Of a stretch of 64,000 bases of DNA, positions 39,295 to 49,456 are shown piece after piece. The stretch comes from Gammaproteobacteria bacterium. GTDB taxonomy: Bacteria > Pseudomonadota > Gammaproteobacteria > Ga0077536. Where the stretch lies: positions 1,376,001 to 1,440,000 of the forward strand of contig CAXXLL010000003.1 in the NCBI GenBank assembly GCA_963662545.2, read 5' to 3'. The position numbers were made by a program, and so were the translations under genes. The notes beneath the pieces are model-generated. The model was not told where the DNA came from. It ran no database searches and was given only the letters and a program-made list of their open reading frames with translations. Every line of letters begins with the position of its first letter. Within the stretch, counting starts at the first letter, position 1.

Positions 39295-40032
39295 ATGTAC
39301 AACCTACCCGAATATGGCATCCAACCGAGCCCGCGCTGGATGCGCACGTATTTCAACGGGCAGCTGGTGGCCGACAGTCGCGAGATGGTGCTGTTTTTCG
39401 AGCGGCCCTATCCGAATTATCTCTTTCCGAAACGCCACGTGCGCATGGACTATCTGCACAAAAGCGATTACACCGAAAATCGTGAGGGTCGCGGCGAAAC
39501 GGAGTTCTGGCACCTGGAGGTCGACGGCAAGCGTGCCGAAAACGCCGCATTCTCGCATCGCGATCACGGCGTAGACGACTACCTGACGTTCAAATGGGGC
39601 GCGATGGACCGTTGGCTGGAGGAAGAAGAAGAAATCTTTGTACACGCACGCAATCCTTACCACCGCGTCGATGCGGTCCCCAGTTCGCGGCGGATCGAGG
39701 TGCACGTTGACGGCATGCAGCTCGCCAGCAGCCACGATCCCGTGCTGTTATTCGAATCCGGATTACCGACACGCTACTACTTGCCGCGTGAAGATGTGCG
39801 CATGGAGCAGCTGGAAATAACTGAAACGGTAACGCGCTGCCCCTACAAAGGCGTTGCACAAACATTCGGCGTGCGCGTGGCGGATAAGTTTTATCCCGAC
39901 TACGCCTGGTCGTATCCGGCACCAATAGCGGCCTGCGCAAACATCGAAAACCGGATCTGTTTCTACAACGAAGTCGTCGACACCAGCGAAGACGGTGACC
40001 AGTTACCGCGGCCGGATACACACTTCAAATAG
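39295..40032 (+). CDS. Tandem DUF427 domain protein
   Basis: VHARNPYHRVD, ESGLPTRYYLP, CPYKG, AWSYP. Confidence 0.85.
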   Translation: MYNLPEYGIQPSPRWMRTYFNGQLVADSREMVLFFERPYPNYLFPKRHVRMDYLHKSDYTENREGRGETEFWHLEVDGKRAENAAFSHRDHGVDDYLTFKWGAMDRWLEEEEEIFVHARNPYHRVDAVPSSRRIEVHVDGMQLASSHDPVLLFESGLPTRYYLPREDVRMEQLEITETVTRCPYKGVAQTFGVRVADKFYPDYAWSYPAPIAACANIENRICFYNEVVDTSEDGDQLPRPDTHFK

Positions 40033-40192
40033 GCGCGGGTGACGCGATAATTCCTGGGCGACGCGAACTACCTTTGTGACCGATACGTGGCTCGGATTAG
40101 GATCTGATTTTTGCCGGGCAGAGAGTTGTCGGTAAACACGGCGTCCATGAAATGATGCCACGTCTCTTTTCCCAATGGCATTTTTCGCCGTT

Positions 40193-40954
40193 CTATTCTG
40201 GTTTTCTCGCGCGAACCAGGATGCGATCGGTGTGATAGCGTAGTTCGTCAGCATAAATCGATTGACTCAGATCATCGTCCGGATTCGCGAGCAAATCTGA
40301 GGTTGCTTCGATCAAATAGCCGGCCTTCTCGATCATTTCCATGATAATTTTCGGTTCGAGGCGGTGAAGTTCAGCGTTATCGTTTCCTGCTTTCCCTACG
40401 TGATCACTGACCGCGAGGATTCCACCTGGTTTGAGCGCTTGTTTGATACTACCTAGGACCTCAAGTGTTTCGATTTCGCCCCCGGAGTTATAAACGTCAT
40501 GCATGTTGAATCCCCAAAATGCTATGTCGACGGCATTTTCGAAGGGCATATCCTCCGAATCCATAACCATGTATTTCACGTTAGCCAGCCGATCATTCCC
40601 CAACCTTGCCAGCATCGCTTTATGATGAGCGCCGTCGATGAGGCGTACGACGAAATGTGAGTTTTGCGCGTAGACGGTCCCGTTCGGACCCACTGCTGCG
40701 GATAGAATCTCGGTGTTATAGCCAGCGCCGGCTATCACATCAAGAACGGTCATGTCGGCCTTGACGCCGAAAAACAGCATCGTTGCAACGGGCTTCCTGC
40801 CGGGATCCTTTACCGCATCGTATTGATCGCGCCCGGCGGTTGCCAGCTGCTGATGGATTCGCGTTGCCATGGTCGCATCGCCTTCAGCGGCAATGCTATT
40901 ACCCGCTGTAAAAGAGATGGCGATCATCATTGCTGTGATGAACCGGTTTTTCAT
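40193..40954 (-). CDS. Exported class I SAM-dependent methyltransferase-like protein
   Basis: Signal peptide; RKP...FFGV, VLDVIAGAGY, LKPGG, LHR, NPDDD. Confidence 0.8.
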   Translation of the reverse strand: MKNRFITAMMIAISFTAGNSIAAEGDATMATRIHQQLATAGRDQYDAVKDPGRKPVATMLFFGVKADMTVLDVIAGAGYNTEILSAAVGPNGTVYAQNSHFVVRLIDGAHHKAMLARLGNDRLANVKYMVMDSEDMPFENAVDIAFWGFNMHDVYNSGGEIETLEVLGSIKQALKPGGILAVSDHVGKAGNDNAELHRLEPKIIMEMIEKAGYLIEATSDLLANPDDDLSQSIYADELRYHTDRILVRARKPE

Positions 40955-41007
40955 ATGACCTTACTCCGAGTAGTGCAGTGAATAATCGTGCCAGGCTTAT
41001 TTATTCT

Positions 41008-42392
41008 GGGTCTACGCGGAAACGTGTGGGTTGATATTGGCATTTCTGGGTAGTGGCGGAAGAAATGCCGCAATGATTTTCAGTTTGAGGAATTCCTCAT
41101 CACGATAGCCATAGGCGCGTCGTTGCAGGACCCGGATTTTGTTGTTGACCCCTTCGACCAATCCAAGACTGACTTTATTCTTAGCATCACAATAGGAAGC
41201 AATGCCATCCCAATGGGATTCAATCAGCTCAGCAAACTTGCGATACGGCGCCAATCGCTGCCATTTCAGACTGTCCTTCCAGCGCTCGAAAAAGGCACGC
41301 GCGCCGCGCTCGGTACGGTAGTCCCAGAGTTGGCCGAAGGTTTCCTTGAGGACGTAGGCGGTGTTCAGACGCCGGTTGGCCTGGAGCAGTTTTTTCAGGG
41401 CTCGTCTGCCATCCAGATTCAGGTTCTCGCGTCGCGAGAGCAAGGTATATCGCTGGCCTTTGATGTAACTCCTGTCCTTGCCGCGGAGACGTTTGTATTC
41501 ACGGCGCCGGACTTCATCGAGAGCCTTTGAGAGGTGGCGCATGATATGGAACTTGTCATAGATGATCCGCGCCTGCGGTGCGTTGTTCATGACCGAGTTA
41601 CGGAACGGCTTCCACATGTCCATCGCCGCCAGTTCGATGCGAGCGCTCTTGTTCTCGCCCAATGCCTGGAAAAACAGGTCGATGTCAGCCTCTTTGCGAC
41701 CTTCACCACCGACCCAGATAGGACGCCCCCGATCCAGGTCACTGACGATGACCCGGTAGTTATGTCCTTTGCGGATGGAGATCTCATCAATACCGATGGC
41801 CCGGGGTGCTGGCATGCCCGCCAGCTCAACCTGCTTTTGCATGTACAGCTTATCGAGGTCTTTCACCGTGCTGTGGTGCAGGCGTTCCCTCTCGGCGACA
41901 GCCTGGTTCGGCATGTCCCGGCACAGCTTGCCCACCTGCATGGCAAAGCGCTGCGTATAGCGAGGGTTCTTTGCCAGCCAGTCAAGATGTTCTACCTGCA
42001 CGCCGCCGCACCTCCGGCAACTGACACGCCAGCGTTCGAACTCCAGGTAGATTCGCCATCCGGCAACTGACAGGTCTCGTACTCGCAGCACCTTCTTGTC
42101 GTAACGCCCGCGGCACCGGTGAGCACAGTGAGAACAGATCGCTGTTTTTTTCGCCTCTTGAGTTGGATCACACGGGCATACCGATCACCAAACATGCCCA
42201 CCAATTTCGATGCGGCGGTAAAACCAGGGAACGCAAACAGCGCTCGGATCGACTTGGGATTCTTCATGGCCTTAGCCTACCCACAAAATGAAACCACTTT
42301 CACCCCATACGAAATCTCTGAATGTCTACATGATTTCAATGGTTTACACTTGGTCTAATTCAGAATTTACCCACATGAATCCGCGTAGACCC
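41008..42392 (-). mobile_element. ISL3-family insertion sequence
   Basis: Terminal IR GGGTCTACGCGGA; flanks TTTATTCT and TTTATTCA (7/8 match). Confidence 0.9.
41012..42267 (-). CDS. ISL3 transposase, split by a -1 shift at an A7 tract (42145-42151)
   Basis: IGIDE, MDMW, YDKFH, EGVNNKI...RRAYG; the N-terminal ORF MKNPKS joins via CGAAAAAAACAG. Confidence 0.85.
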
Positions 42393-42483
42393 TTTATTCA
42401 GAATCCAATAAAATGAACCAGATACTTTTTCTTTTTCCGTCTCTTGAATTTGATAAATCTATTTGCAACAAAGGCGAAACGCA

Positions 42484-42807
42484 ATGGCCGTCTATGAAAA
42501 ACGTACCTATTCCGTCACGGTAGGACGAATGCAGGACCTTATTCGACTATATACCGACGAAGGATGGCCGGTGATCGAGGCTGCGGGTTTCGGAGAGAAG
42601 CTCGTCGGATATTTTATCAGTGACACAGGTCCGCTTCATCAGCTCATCCACATCTGGCGTTTCGACGACGACAGCGACCGCCGCGATTTCTGGAAACGCT
42701 TGTTCGCGAATGACGAATTCATGGCCTTCGCCGCTCAAGTTCGACCGCTTATCCAAGCCCAGGAAGTACAGCTGATGATGCCGGCTCCGTGGGGTCCAAA
42801 ACCCTAG
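42484..42807 (+). CDS. NIPSNAP family protein
   Basis: YEKRTY, LVGYFISDTGPLHQLIHIW. Confidence 0.85.
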   Translation: MAVYEKRTYSVTVGRMQDLIRLYTDEGWPVIEAAGFGEKLVGYFISDTGPLHQLIHIWRFDDDSDRRDFWKRLFANDEFMAFAAQVRPLIQAQEVQLMMPAPWGPKP

Positions 42808-43087
42808 TTCAATTTGATAGCGGGTTGCGCGCGTTGGCGCAGGAGGCTGGCACCATTTGCAAACCAATCATTATCGCCTGTGGACTGCTTTCATTTCATT
42901 TCGATCGACGGCATACTTGGCCCCGGTATTGGCTGCATAAAGGGAGGTGATCATATGTCTAGTGAGATCGTTTGGAGTTTCGCTCAGTCATCGGATCTCG
43001 TCCAGCCGCAGGAGGCAACTTCGCGGCCTGTATGAGCATCCCGGGTCAATGAGCAGATCCCGAGATTGGGCGTACTCAGTCTCACGG

Positions 43088-43114
43088 AAGGGCCCGAAAG
43101 GGCCCTTTCTTTTT
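43088..43114 (+). terminator. Intrinsic terminator
   Basis: AAGGGCCC-GAAA-GGGCCCTT hairpin followed by a U-rich tract. Confidence 0.85.
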
Positions 43115-43912
43115 GCCTCAACGGGAAAGAGTGCTAATGCAGGGAGAATCACATGACCACGACATTGCAATTACAGTCCACCGTTCGAGCCAACGGCAAC
43201 CTCGAAGTATCGATCGTGAACGTCGAGGTGCCCACGCCTGGAGCGGACGAGGTCATCGTTCGTATCGAAGCGGCACCGATCAATCCATCGGACCTGGGAT
43301 TGCTGTTCGGGCCTGCTGACATCAGCGCTGCGAGCACCGCCGAACGCGATGGGATGCCACTGCTTACCGCACCGATCCCAGCCGAACTGCAGGCCAGCGT
43401 AACCGCACGAGTAGAGAAGGCGCTACCCGTTGGCAACGAGGGCGCGGGAGTCGTGGTAGAAGCAGGTACGTCGGATGCGGCCCAAGCGCTGCTTGGCAAA
43501 ACCGTAGCCCTTTGGGGCGGGGCAATGTATGCCCAATATCGTTCTACCTCCGCGCTTAGCTGCTTACCGCTACCAGAAGGGATTTCGCCTCGCGACGGCG
43601 CGTCCTGCTTCGTCAATCCGCTGACCGCTTTGGGTATGGTTGCAACGATGAAGCTGGAGCATCACAGCGCGCTGGTACACACCGCCGCAGCCTCGAACCT
43701 CGGTCAAATGCTGAACAAATTGTGTCTCGCCGACGACGTACCCTTAGTCAATGTTGTGCGTAACCCTGCGCAGGCAGAAATACTGCATGGCATCGGCGCG
43801 AAATATGTGTGTAATTCATGAGACGACAACTTTATGGACGAGTTAACAGACGCCCTGGCGGAAACAAACGCCACATTAGCGTTTGACGCCATCGCAGGGG
43901 GATCATTAGCTA

Positions 43913-45609
43913 GTGTCCGTCCATAAACAGGCATTTTCTTCGATGGGCACGGAGAAATCGAGGTGTTGAAAGTAGGTTGTTGGAGCGGTAGCGGCGGTTC
44001 GGTGGGGGTCGAAGGGCTCTTCGAGCGTAATTGTGAGTACGTTCGCCGGCCGCAGAGCGCTGCAACCCAAAGTCGCCCGTTCGACGATATCGAGGAGGTC
44101 AGTTAGTGCGAGTGAACGTCGCTATTCGAGTTGATAGCGCGCGAGCAGGCTGAGGTTGTAGGCGACCACAGAAGACCACACGTAGGCTTCGAAGTGCGGC
44201 AGGCTCTTCCAGGTGCAACGTGCCAATCCGTATGCACGCTTCAGGCAGGAGATACCGGCCTCGATGCCGGCGCGGAAGTTGCGCAAGCGTCGATAGACCC
44301 ACTGACTCTTGACCATGTCGGCGATCGCGAGCCCGCGCTTCTTGTGGAAGGCAACGTCTTCGATGCCTTCTGCTTTCGCCGCCCGGAGATTGTCGAGGCT
44401 CGCATAGCCGCCATCGGCGGCGACCTGTCGTGGCATCGTCCCGTAGTGTGTTCGATGCCGTTCGAGCATCGGCATGAAGCGCTGACTATCGACCGGATTG
44501 CCTCGCTCGATGACCACGTCGAGGATGAGGCCACTGCGCCCCGAAGCCAGATTGATTTTGTGTCCGTACTGAACGTCGCGCGCACCCTTTATGATGATGT
44601 CGGTATGCGGCTCGAACAAGCTCACGCACTTCTCGCTCGCGGGGACCTTCTCACCGCCGAACACCCGCCGCTCAGTTTGCGAAATCACCTGCAGAACAAG
44701 TGTTTCGTAGTGCGCTACCTGCGCTAGCCAGTCCGGCAGTTCAACGCCGGTGACGCCCGGGCTCAGCAGCTGCTCACGTACCCTCGCTACCGCTTCCAAG
44801 GTTGAACGCGTCGCCCCAATCAAATCGCGATACAGACGTTGGCGTTGCTTCGCACCACGCGCATACCACAGCGCCCGCGCACGCTTCTTCGCCAATCGAG
44901 TGTGGTTCACGAAGCACAACTCCGGCGCGCCAGGCAACTCGCGCGCCTGTGCGAGCAGACGAACCACAACACGCACGCCATCCCACAGCAGATGACTGTC
45001 GCTCGGCGCGTGGATGGCACTGTCCGTTACCGTGCTATCAATCCGTACACGCTGTGCCGGCTCAATGCGCGTCTCTTTCGCCGTCGCCAGCAGGGCGCGA
45101 TGAATAGACTCCCACGTCGATACCTGGATCGCCGAGACCACCCGCTGTAAGGCAGACTTCTTCGGACGTTCATTACCCGGCAACCGGGCGAAGGCCTGAA
45201 AGCTCGCCGAGTCCTGCAGGTGAAAGGCCAGCTCCTCGTAACTCAATTGCCGGTGCTGCTTGAGCACCGCGCAGCGCAGCACCGACTCCGCCGACAGTCC
45301 GCGTCGACCGGTGGGCTTCAAACCCCGCCGACACAGATCGTTCATGACCGGCGTGAGGACCTTGGGGTGAGCATCGAGCCACTCGGACATGCCCTGCAGC
45401 TCTCGCCCCAGGTCATGGTCAGCAAACAGCTCGTATATACTCGCTTGGGCCGTGCGTTTCTGACGCATTCCCCCTCCTGTGGTGTCGATGATTGTGTGGA
45501 AAATCAGAGGTTTGAAGTTCCATTAGATCACGACCCACCGGAGGTTTCGATCCCTTAAGCGACAAATTTTCCTTTTTATTTCAACCGCATCGCGTTTAGG
45601 GATGCACAC
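43913..45609 (-). mobile_element. ISNCY-type (ISDol1/ISRm17-like) IS, copy 1
   Basis: Ends GTGTCCGTCCATAAA...TTTAGGGATGCACAC; flanked by TAGCTA; subgroup assignment from memory. Confidence 0.85.
44122..45468 (-). CDS. DDE transposase, copy 1
   Basis: RIDST, AADGGY, FRAGIEAGISCLKR. Confidence 0.9.
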   Translation of the reverse strand: MRQKRTAQASIYELFADHDLGRELQGMSEWLDAHPKVLTPVMNDLCRRGLKPTGRRGLSAESVLRCAVLKQHRQLSYEELAFHLQDSASFQAFARLPGNERPKKSALQRVVSAIQVSTWESIHRALLATAKETRIEPAQRVRIDSTVTDSAIHAPSDSHLLWDGVRVVVRLLAQARELPGAPELCFVNHTRLAKKRARALWYARGAKQRQRLYRDLIGATRSTLEAVARVREQLLSPGVTGVELPDWLAQVAHYETLVLQVISQTERRVFGGEKVPASEKCVSLFEPHTDIIIKGARDVQYGHKINLASGRSGLILDVVIERGNPVDSQRFMPMLERHRTHYGTMPRQVAADGGYASLDNLRAAKAEGIEDVAFHKKRGLAIADMVKSQWVYRRLRNFRAGIEAGISCLKRAYGLARCTWKSLPHFEAYVWSSVVAYNLSLLARYQLE

Positions 45610-45615
45610 TAGCTA

Positions 45616-47305
45616 GTGATAAACAGGCATTTTCTTCGATGGGCACGGAGAAATCGAGGTGTTGAAAGTAGGTTGTTGGAGCGGTAGCGGCGGTTCGGTG
45701 GGGGTCGAAGGGCTCTTCGAGCGTAATTGTGAGTACGTTCGCCGGCCGCAGAGCGCTGCAACCCAAAGTCGCCCGTTCGACGATATCGAGGAGGTCAGTT
45801 AGTGCGAGTGAACGTCGCTATTCGAGTTGATAGCGCGCGAGCAGGCTGAGGTTGTAGGCGACCACAGAAGACCACACGTAGGCTTCGAAGTGCGGCAGGC
45901 TCTTCCAGGTGCAACGTGCCAATCCGTATGCACGCTTCAGGCAGGAGATACCGGCCTCGATGCCGGCGCGGAAGTTGCGCAAGCGTCGATAGACCCACTG
46001 ACTCTTGACCATGTCGGCGATCGCGAGCCCGCGCTTCTTGTGGAAGGCAACGTCTTCGATGCCTTCTGCTTTCGCCGCCCGGAGATTGTCGAGGCTCGCA
46101 TAGCCGCCATCGGCGGCGACCTGTCGTGGCATCGTCCCGTAGTGTGTTCGATGCCGTTCGAGCATCGGCATGAAGCGCTGACTATCGACCGGATTGCCTC
46201 GCTCGATGACCACGTCGAGGATGAGGCCACTGCGCCCCGAAGCCAGATTGATTTTGTGTCCGTACTGAACGTCGCGCGCACCCTTTATGATGATGTCGGT
46301 ATGCGGCTCGAACAAGCTCACGCACTTCTCGCTCGCGGGGACCTTCTCACCGCCGAACACCCGCCGCTCAGTTTGCGAAATCACCTGCAGAACAAGTGTT
46401 TCGTAGTGCGCTACCTGCGCTAGCCAGTCCGGCAGTTCAACGCCGGTGACGCCCGGGCTCAGCAGCTGCTCACGTACCCTCGCTACCGCTTCCAAGGTTG
46501 AACGCGTCGCCCCAATCAAATCGCGATACAGACGTTGGCGTTGCTTCGCACCACGCGCATACCACAGCGCCCGCGCACGCTTCTTCGCCAATCGAGTGTG
46601 GTTCACGAAGCACAACTCCGGCGCGCCAGGCAACTCGCGCGCCTGTGCGAGCAGACGAACCACAACACGCACGCCATCCCACAGCAGATGACTGTCGCTC
46701 GGCGCGTGGATGGCACTGTCCGTTACCGTGCTATCAATCCGTACACGCTGTGCCGGCTCAATGCGCGTCTCTTTCGCCGTCGCCAGCAGGGCGCGATGAA
46801 TAGACTCCCACGTCGATACCTGGATCGCCGAGACCACCCGCTGTAAGGCAGACTTCTTCGGACGTTCATTACCCGGCAACCGGGCGAAGGCCTGAAAGCT
46901 CGCCGAGTCCTGCAGGTGAAAGGCCAGCTCCTCGTAACTCAATTGCCGGTGCTGCTTGAGCACCGCGCAGCGCAGCACCGACTCCGCCGACAGTCCGCGT
47001 CGACCGGTGGGCTTCAAACCCCGCCGACACAGATCGTTCATGACCGGCGTGAGGACCTTGGGGTGAGCATCGAGCCACTCGGACATGCCCTGCAGCTCTC
47101 GCCCCAGGTCATGGTCAGCAAACAGCTCGTATATACTCGCTTGGGCCGTGCGTTTCTGACGCATTCCCCCTCCTGTGGTGTCGATGATTGTGTGGAAAAT
47201 CAGAGGTTTGAAGTTCCATTAGATCACGACCCACCGGAGGTTTCGATCCCTTAAGCGACAAATTTTCCTTTTTATTTCAACCGCATCGCGTTTAGGGATG
47301 CACAC
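45616..47305 (-). mobile_element. ISNCY-type IS, copy 2 (7-bp deletion in one terminal IR)
   Basis: Begins GTG-ATAAACAGG, lacking TCCGTCC; same transposase as copies 1 and 3. Confidence 0.85.
45818..47164 (-). CDS. DDE transposase, copy 2
   Basis: Same 448-aa translation as copy 1. Confidence 0.9.
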   Translation of the reverse strand: MRQKRTAQASIYELFADHDLGRELQGMSEWLDAHPKVLTPVMNDLCRRGLKPTGRRGLSAESVLRCAVLKQHRQLSYEELAFHLQDSASFQAFARLPGNERPKKSALQRVVSAIQVSTWESIHRALLATAKETRIEPAQRVRIDSTVTDSAIHAPSDSHLLWDGVRVVVRLLAQARELPGAPELCFVNHTRLAKKRARALWYARGAKQRQRLYRDLIGATRSTLEAVARVREQLLSPGVTGVELPDWLAQVAHYETLVLQVISQTERRVFGGEKVPASEKCVSLFEPHTDIIIKGARDVQYGHKINLASGRSGLILDVVIERGNPVDSQRFMPMLERHRTHYGTMPRQVAADGGYASLDNLRAAKAEGIEDVAFHKKRGLAIADMVKSQWVYRRLRNFRAGIEAGISCLKRAYGLARCTWKSLPHFEAYVWSSVVAYNLSLLARYQLE

Positions 47306-47311
47306 TAGCTA

Positions 47312-49008
47312 GTGTCCGTCCATAAACAGGCATTTTCTTCGATGGGCACGGAGAAATCGAGGTGTTGAAAGTAGGTTGTTGGAGCGGTAGCGGCGGTTCG
47401 GTGGGGGTCGAAGGGCTCTTCGAGCGTAATTGTGAGTACGTTCGCCGGCCGCAGAGCGCTGCAACCCAAAGTCGCCCGTTCGACGATATCGAGGAGGTCA
47501 GTTAGTGCGAGTGAACGTCGCTATTCGAGTTGATAGCGCGCGAGCAGGCTGAGGTTGTAGGCGACCACAGAAGACCACACGTAGGCTTCGAAGTGCGGCA
47601 GGCTCTTCCAGGTGCAACGTGCCAATCCGTATGCACGCTTCAGGCAGGAGATACCGGCCTCGATGCCGGCGCGGAAGTTGCGCAAGCGTCGATAGACCCA
47701 CTGACTCTTGACCATGTCGGCGATCGCGAGCCCGCGCTTCTTGTGGAAGGCAACGTCTTCGATGCCTTCTGCTTTCGCCGCCCGGAGATTGTCGAGGCTC
47801 GCATAGCCGCCATCGGCGGCGACCTGTCGTGGCATCGTCCCGTAGTGTGTTCGATGCCGTTCGAGCATCGGCATGAAGCGCTGACTATCGACCGGATTGC
47901 CTCGCTCGATGACCACGTCGAGGATGAGGCCACTGCGCCCCGAAGCCAGATTGATTTTGTGTCCGTACTGAACGTCGCGCGCACCCTTTATGATGATGTC
48001 GGTATGCGGCTCGAACAAGCTCACGCACTTCTCGCTCGCGGGGACCTTCTCACCGCCGAACACCCGCCGCTCAGTTTGCGAAATCACCTGCAGAACAAGT
48101 GTTTCGTAGTGCGCTACCTGCGCTAGCCAGTCCGGCAGTTCAACGCCGGTGACGCCCGGGCTCAGCAGCTGCTCACGTACCCTCGCTACCGCTTCCAAGG
48201 TTGAACGCGTCGCCCCAATCAAATCGCGATACAGACGTTGGCGTTGCTTCGCACCACGCGCATACCACAGCGCCCGCGCACGCTTCTTCGCCAATCGAGT
48301 GTGGTTCACGAAGCACAACTCCGGCGCGCCAGGCAACTCGCGCGCCTGTGCGAGCAGACGAACCACAACACGCACGCCATCCCACAGCAGATGACTGTCG
48401 CTCGGCGCGTGGATGGCACTGTCCGTTACCGTGCTATCAATCCGTACACGCTGTGCCGGCTCAATGCGCGTCTCTTTCGCCGTCGCCAGCAGGGCGCGAT
48501 GAATAGACTCCCACGTCGATACCTGGATCGCCGAGACCACCCGCTGTAAGGCAGACTTCTTCGGACGTTCATTACCCGGCAACCGGGCGAAGGCCTGAAA
48601 GCTCGCCGAGTCCTGCAGGTGAAAGGCCAGCTCCTCGTAACTCAATTGCCGGTGCTGCTTGAGCACCGCGCAGCGCAGCACCGACTCCGCCGACAGTCCG
48701 CGTCGACCGGTGGGCTTCAAACCCCGCCGACACAGATCGTTCATGACCGGCGTGAGGACCTTGGGGTGAGCATCGAGCCACTCGGACATGCCCTGCAGCT
48801 CTCGCCCCAGGTCATGGTCAGCAAACAGCTCGTATATACTCGCTTGGGCCGTGCGTTTCTGACGCATTCCCCCTCCTGTGGTGTCGATGATTGTGTGGAA
48901 AATCAGAGGTTTGAAGTTCCATTAGATCACGACCCACCGGAGGTTTCGATCCCTTAAGCGACAAATTTTCCTTTTTATTTCAACCGCATCGCGTTTAGGG
49001 ATGCACAC
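47312..49008 (-). mobile_element. ISNCY-type IS, copy 3
   Basis: Intact ends; followed by TAGCTA at 49009-49014. Confidence 0.85.
47521..48867 (-). CDS. DDE transposase, copy 3
   Basis: Same 448-aa translation as copy 1. Confidence 0.9.
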   Translation of the reverse strand: MRQKRTAQASIYELFADHDLGRELQGMSEWLDAHPKVLTPVMNDLCRRGLKPTGRRGLSAESVLRCAVLKQHRQLSYEELAFHLQDSASFQAFARLPGNERPKKSALQRVVSAIQVSTWESIHRALLATAKETRIEPAQRVRIDSTVTDSAIHAPSDSHLLWDGVRVVVRLLAQARELPGAPELCFVNHTRLAKKRARALWYARGAKQRQRLYRDLIGATRSTLEAVARVREQLLSPGVTGVELPDWLAQVAHYETLVLQVISQTERRVFGGEKVPASEKCVSLFEPHTDIIIKGARDVQYGHKINLASGRSGLILDVVIERGNPVDSQRFMPMLERHRTHYGTMPRQVAADGGYASLDNLRAAKAEGIEDVAFHKKRGLAIADMVKSQWVYRRLRNFRAGIEAGISCLKRAYGLARCTWKSLPHFEAYVWSSVVAYNLSLLARYQLE

Positions 49009-49381
49009 TAGCTAGCCAGATTCTGACTGCGATGGAGCGCGTGGCCGGGCGCGATTCGTCGCCGTCAAACCGTTACGGTTCGACCACGCACAAGCAAGTC
49101 TATCTGTATGGTGTACTCGATAGCTCTCCCACTGTGCTGAATCGAAGTTATGGTATGGCTTGGGGGGTCGGAGGCTGGCTGCTCCCAAATTTCCTCGCTC
49201 GAGTTGGCACCGAAAAGGGCGATGAACTTCGTCAACGCGTCGCAAGTGAGATCACCACCACCTTTGCGAGCCACTACACGCAGGTCATTTCGCTAGCGGA
49301 AGCGCTGCAGGTGCAGACTGCGCAACGTTATCAGCGCAAAGCCACCGGAGAGAAGTATTTGATCAATCCGAATAAGAACCC

Positions 49382-49414
49382 TTGACCAAGTCATCCTGCG
49401 ATGGCCTTGGTCAA
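49382..49414. terminator. Hairpin between convergent genes, possible terminator
   Basis: TTGACCAAGTCATC...GATGGCCTTGGTCAA inverted repeat; no clear U-tract. Confidence 0.4.
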
Positions 49415-49456
49415 AGGCCAAAGGGGACACCCATGATACTTTTTCAGGTCTCCTGC

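Larger units (their letters stand above)
43153..49385 (+). pseudogene. MDR-family oxidoreductase disrupted by an in-frame TGA (43819-43821) and a triple IS insertion
   Basis: AAPINPSDLG, GNEGAG, HTAAASNLG; frame reads ...GGSLA up to the IS and resumes SQILTAME...GEKYLINP after 49014. Confidence 0.88.

Noticed and set aside
43819-43821. In-frame TGA as selenocysteine or readthrough
   Set aside because: The gene is also broken by the IS array about 90 bp later; no evident SECIS hairpin or catalytic Cys context; decay is the simpler explanation
43907-49014. CRISPR array or cargo-carrying composite transposon
   Set aside because: The repeat unit is a whole 1.7-kb IS with only 6 bp between copies; no spacers, cargo or cas genes
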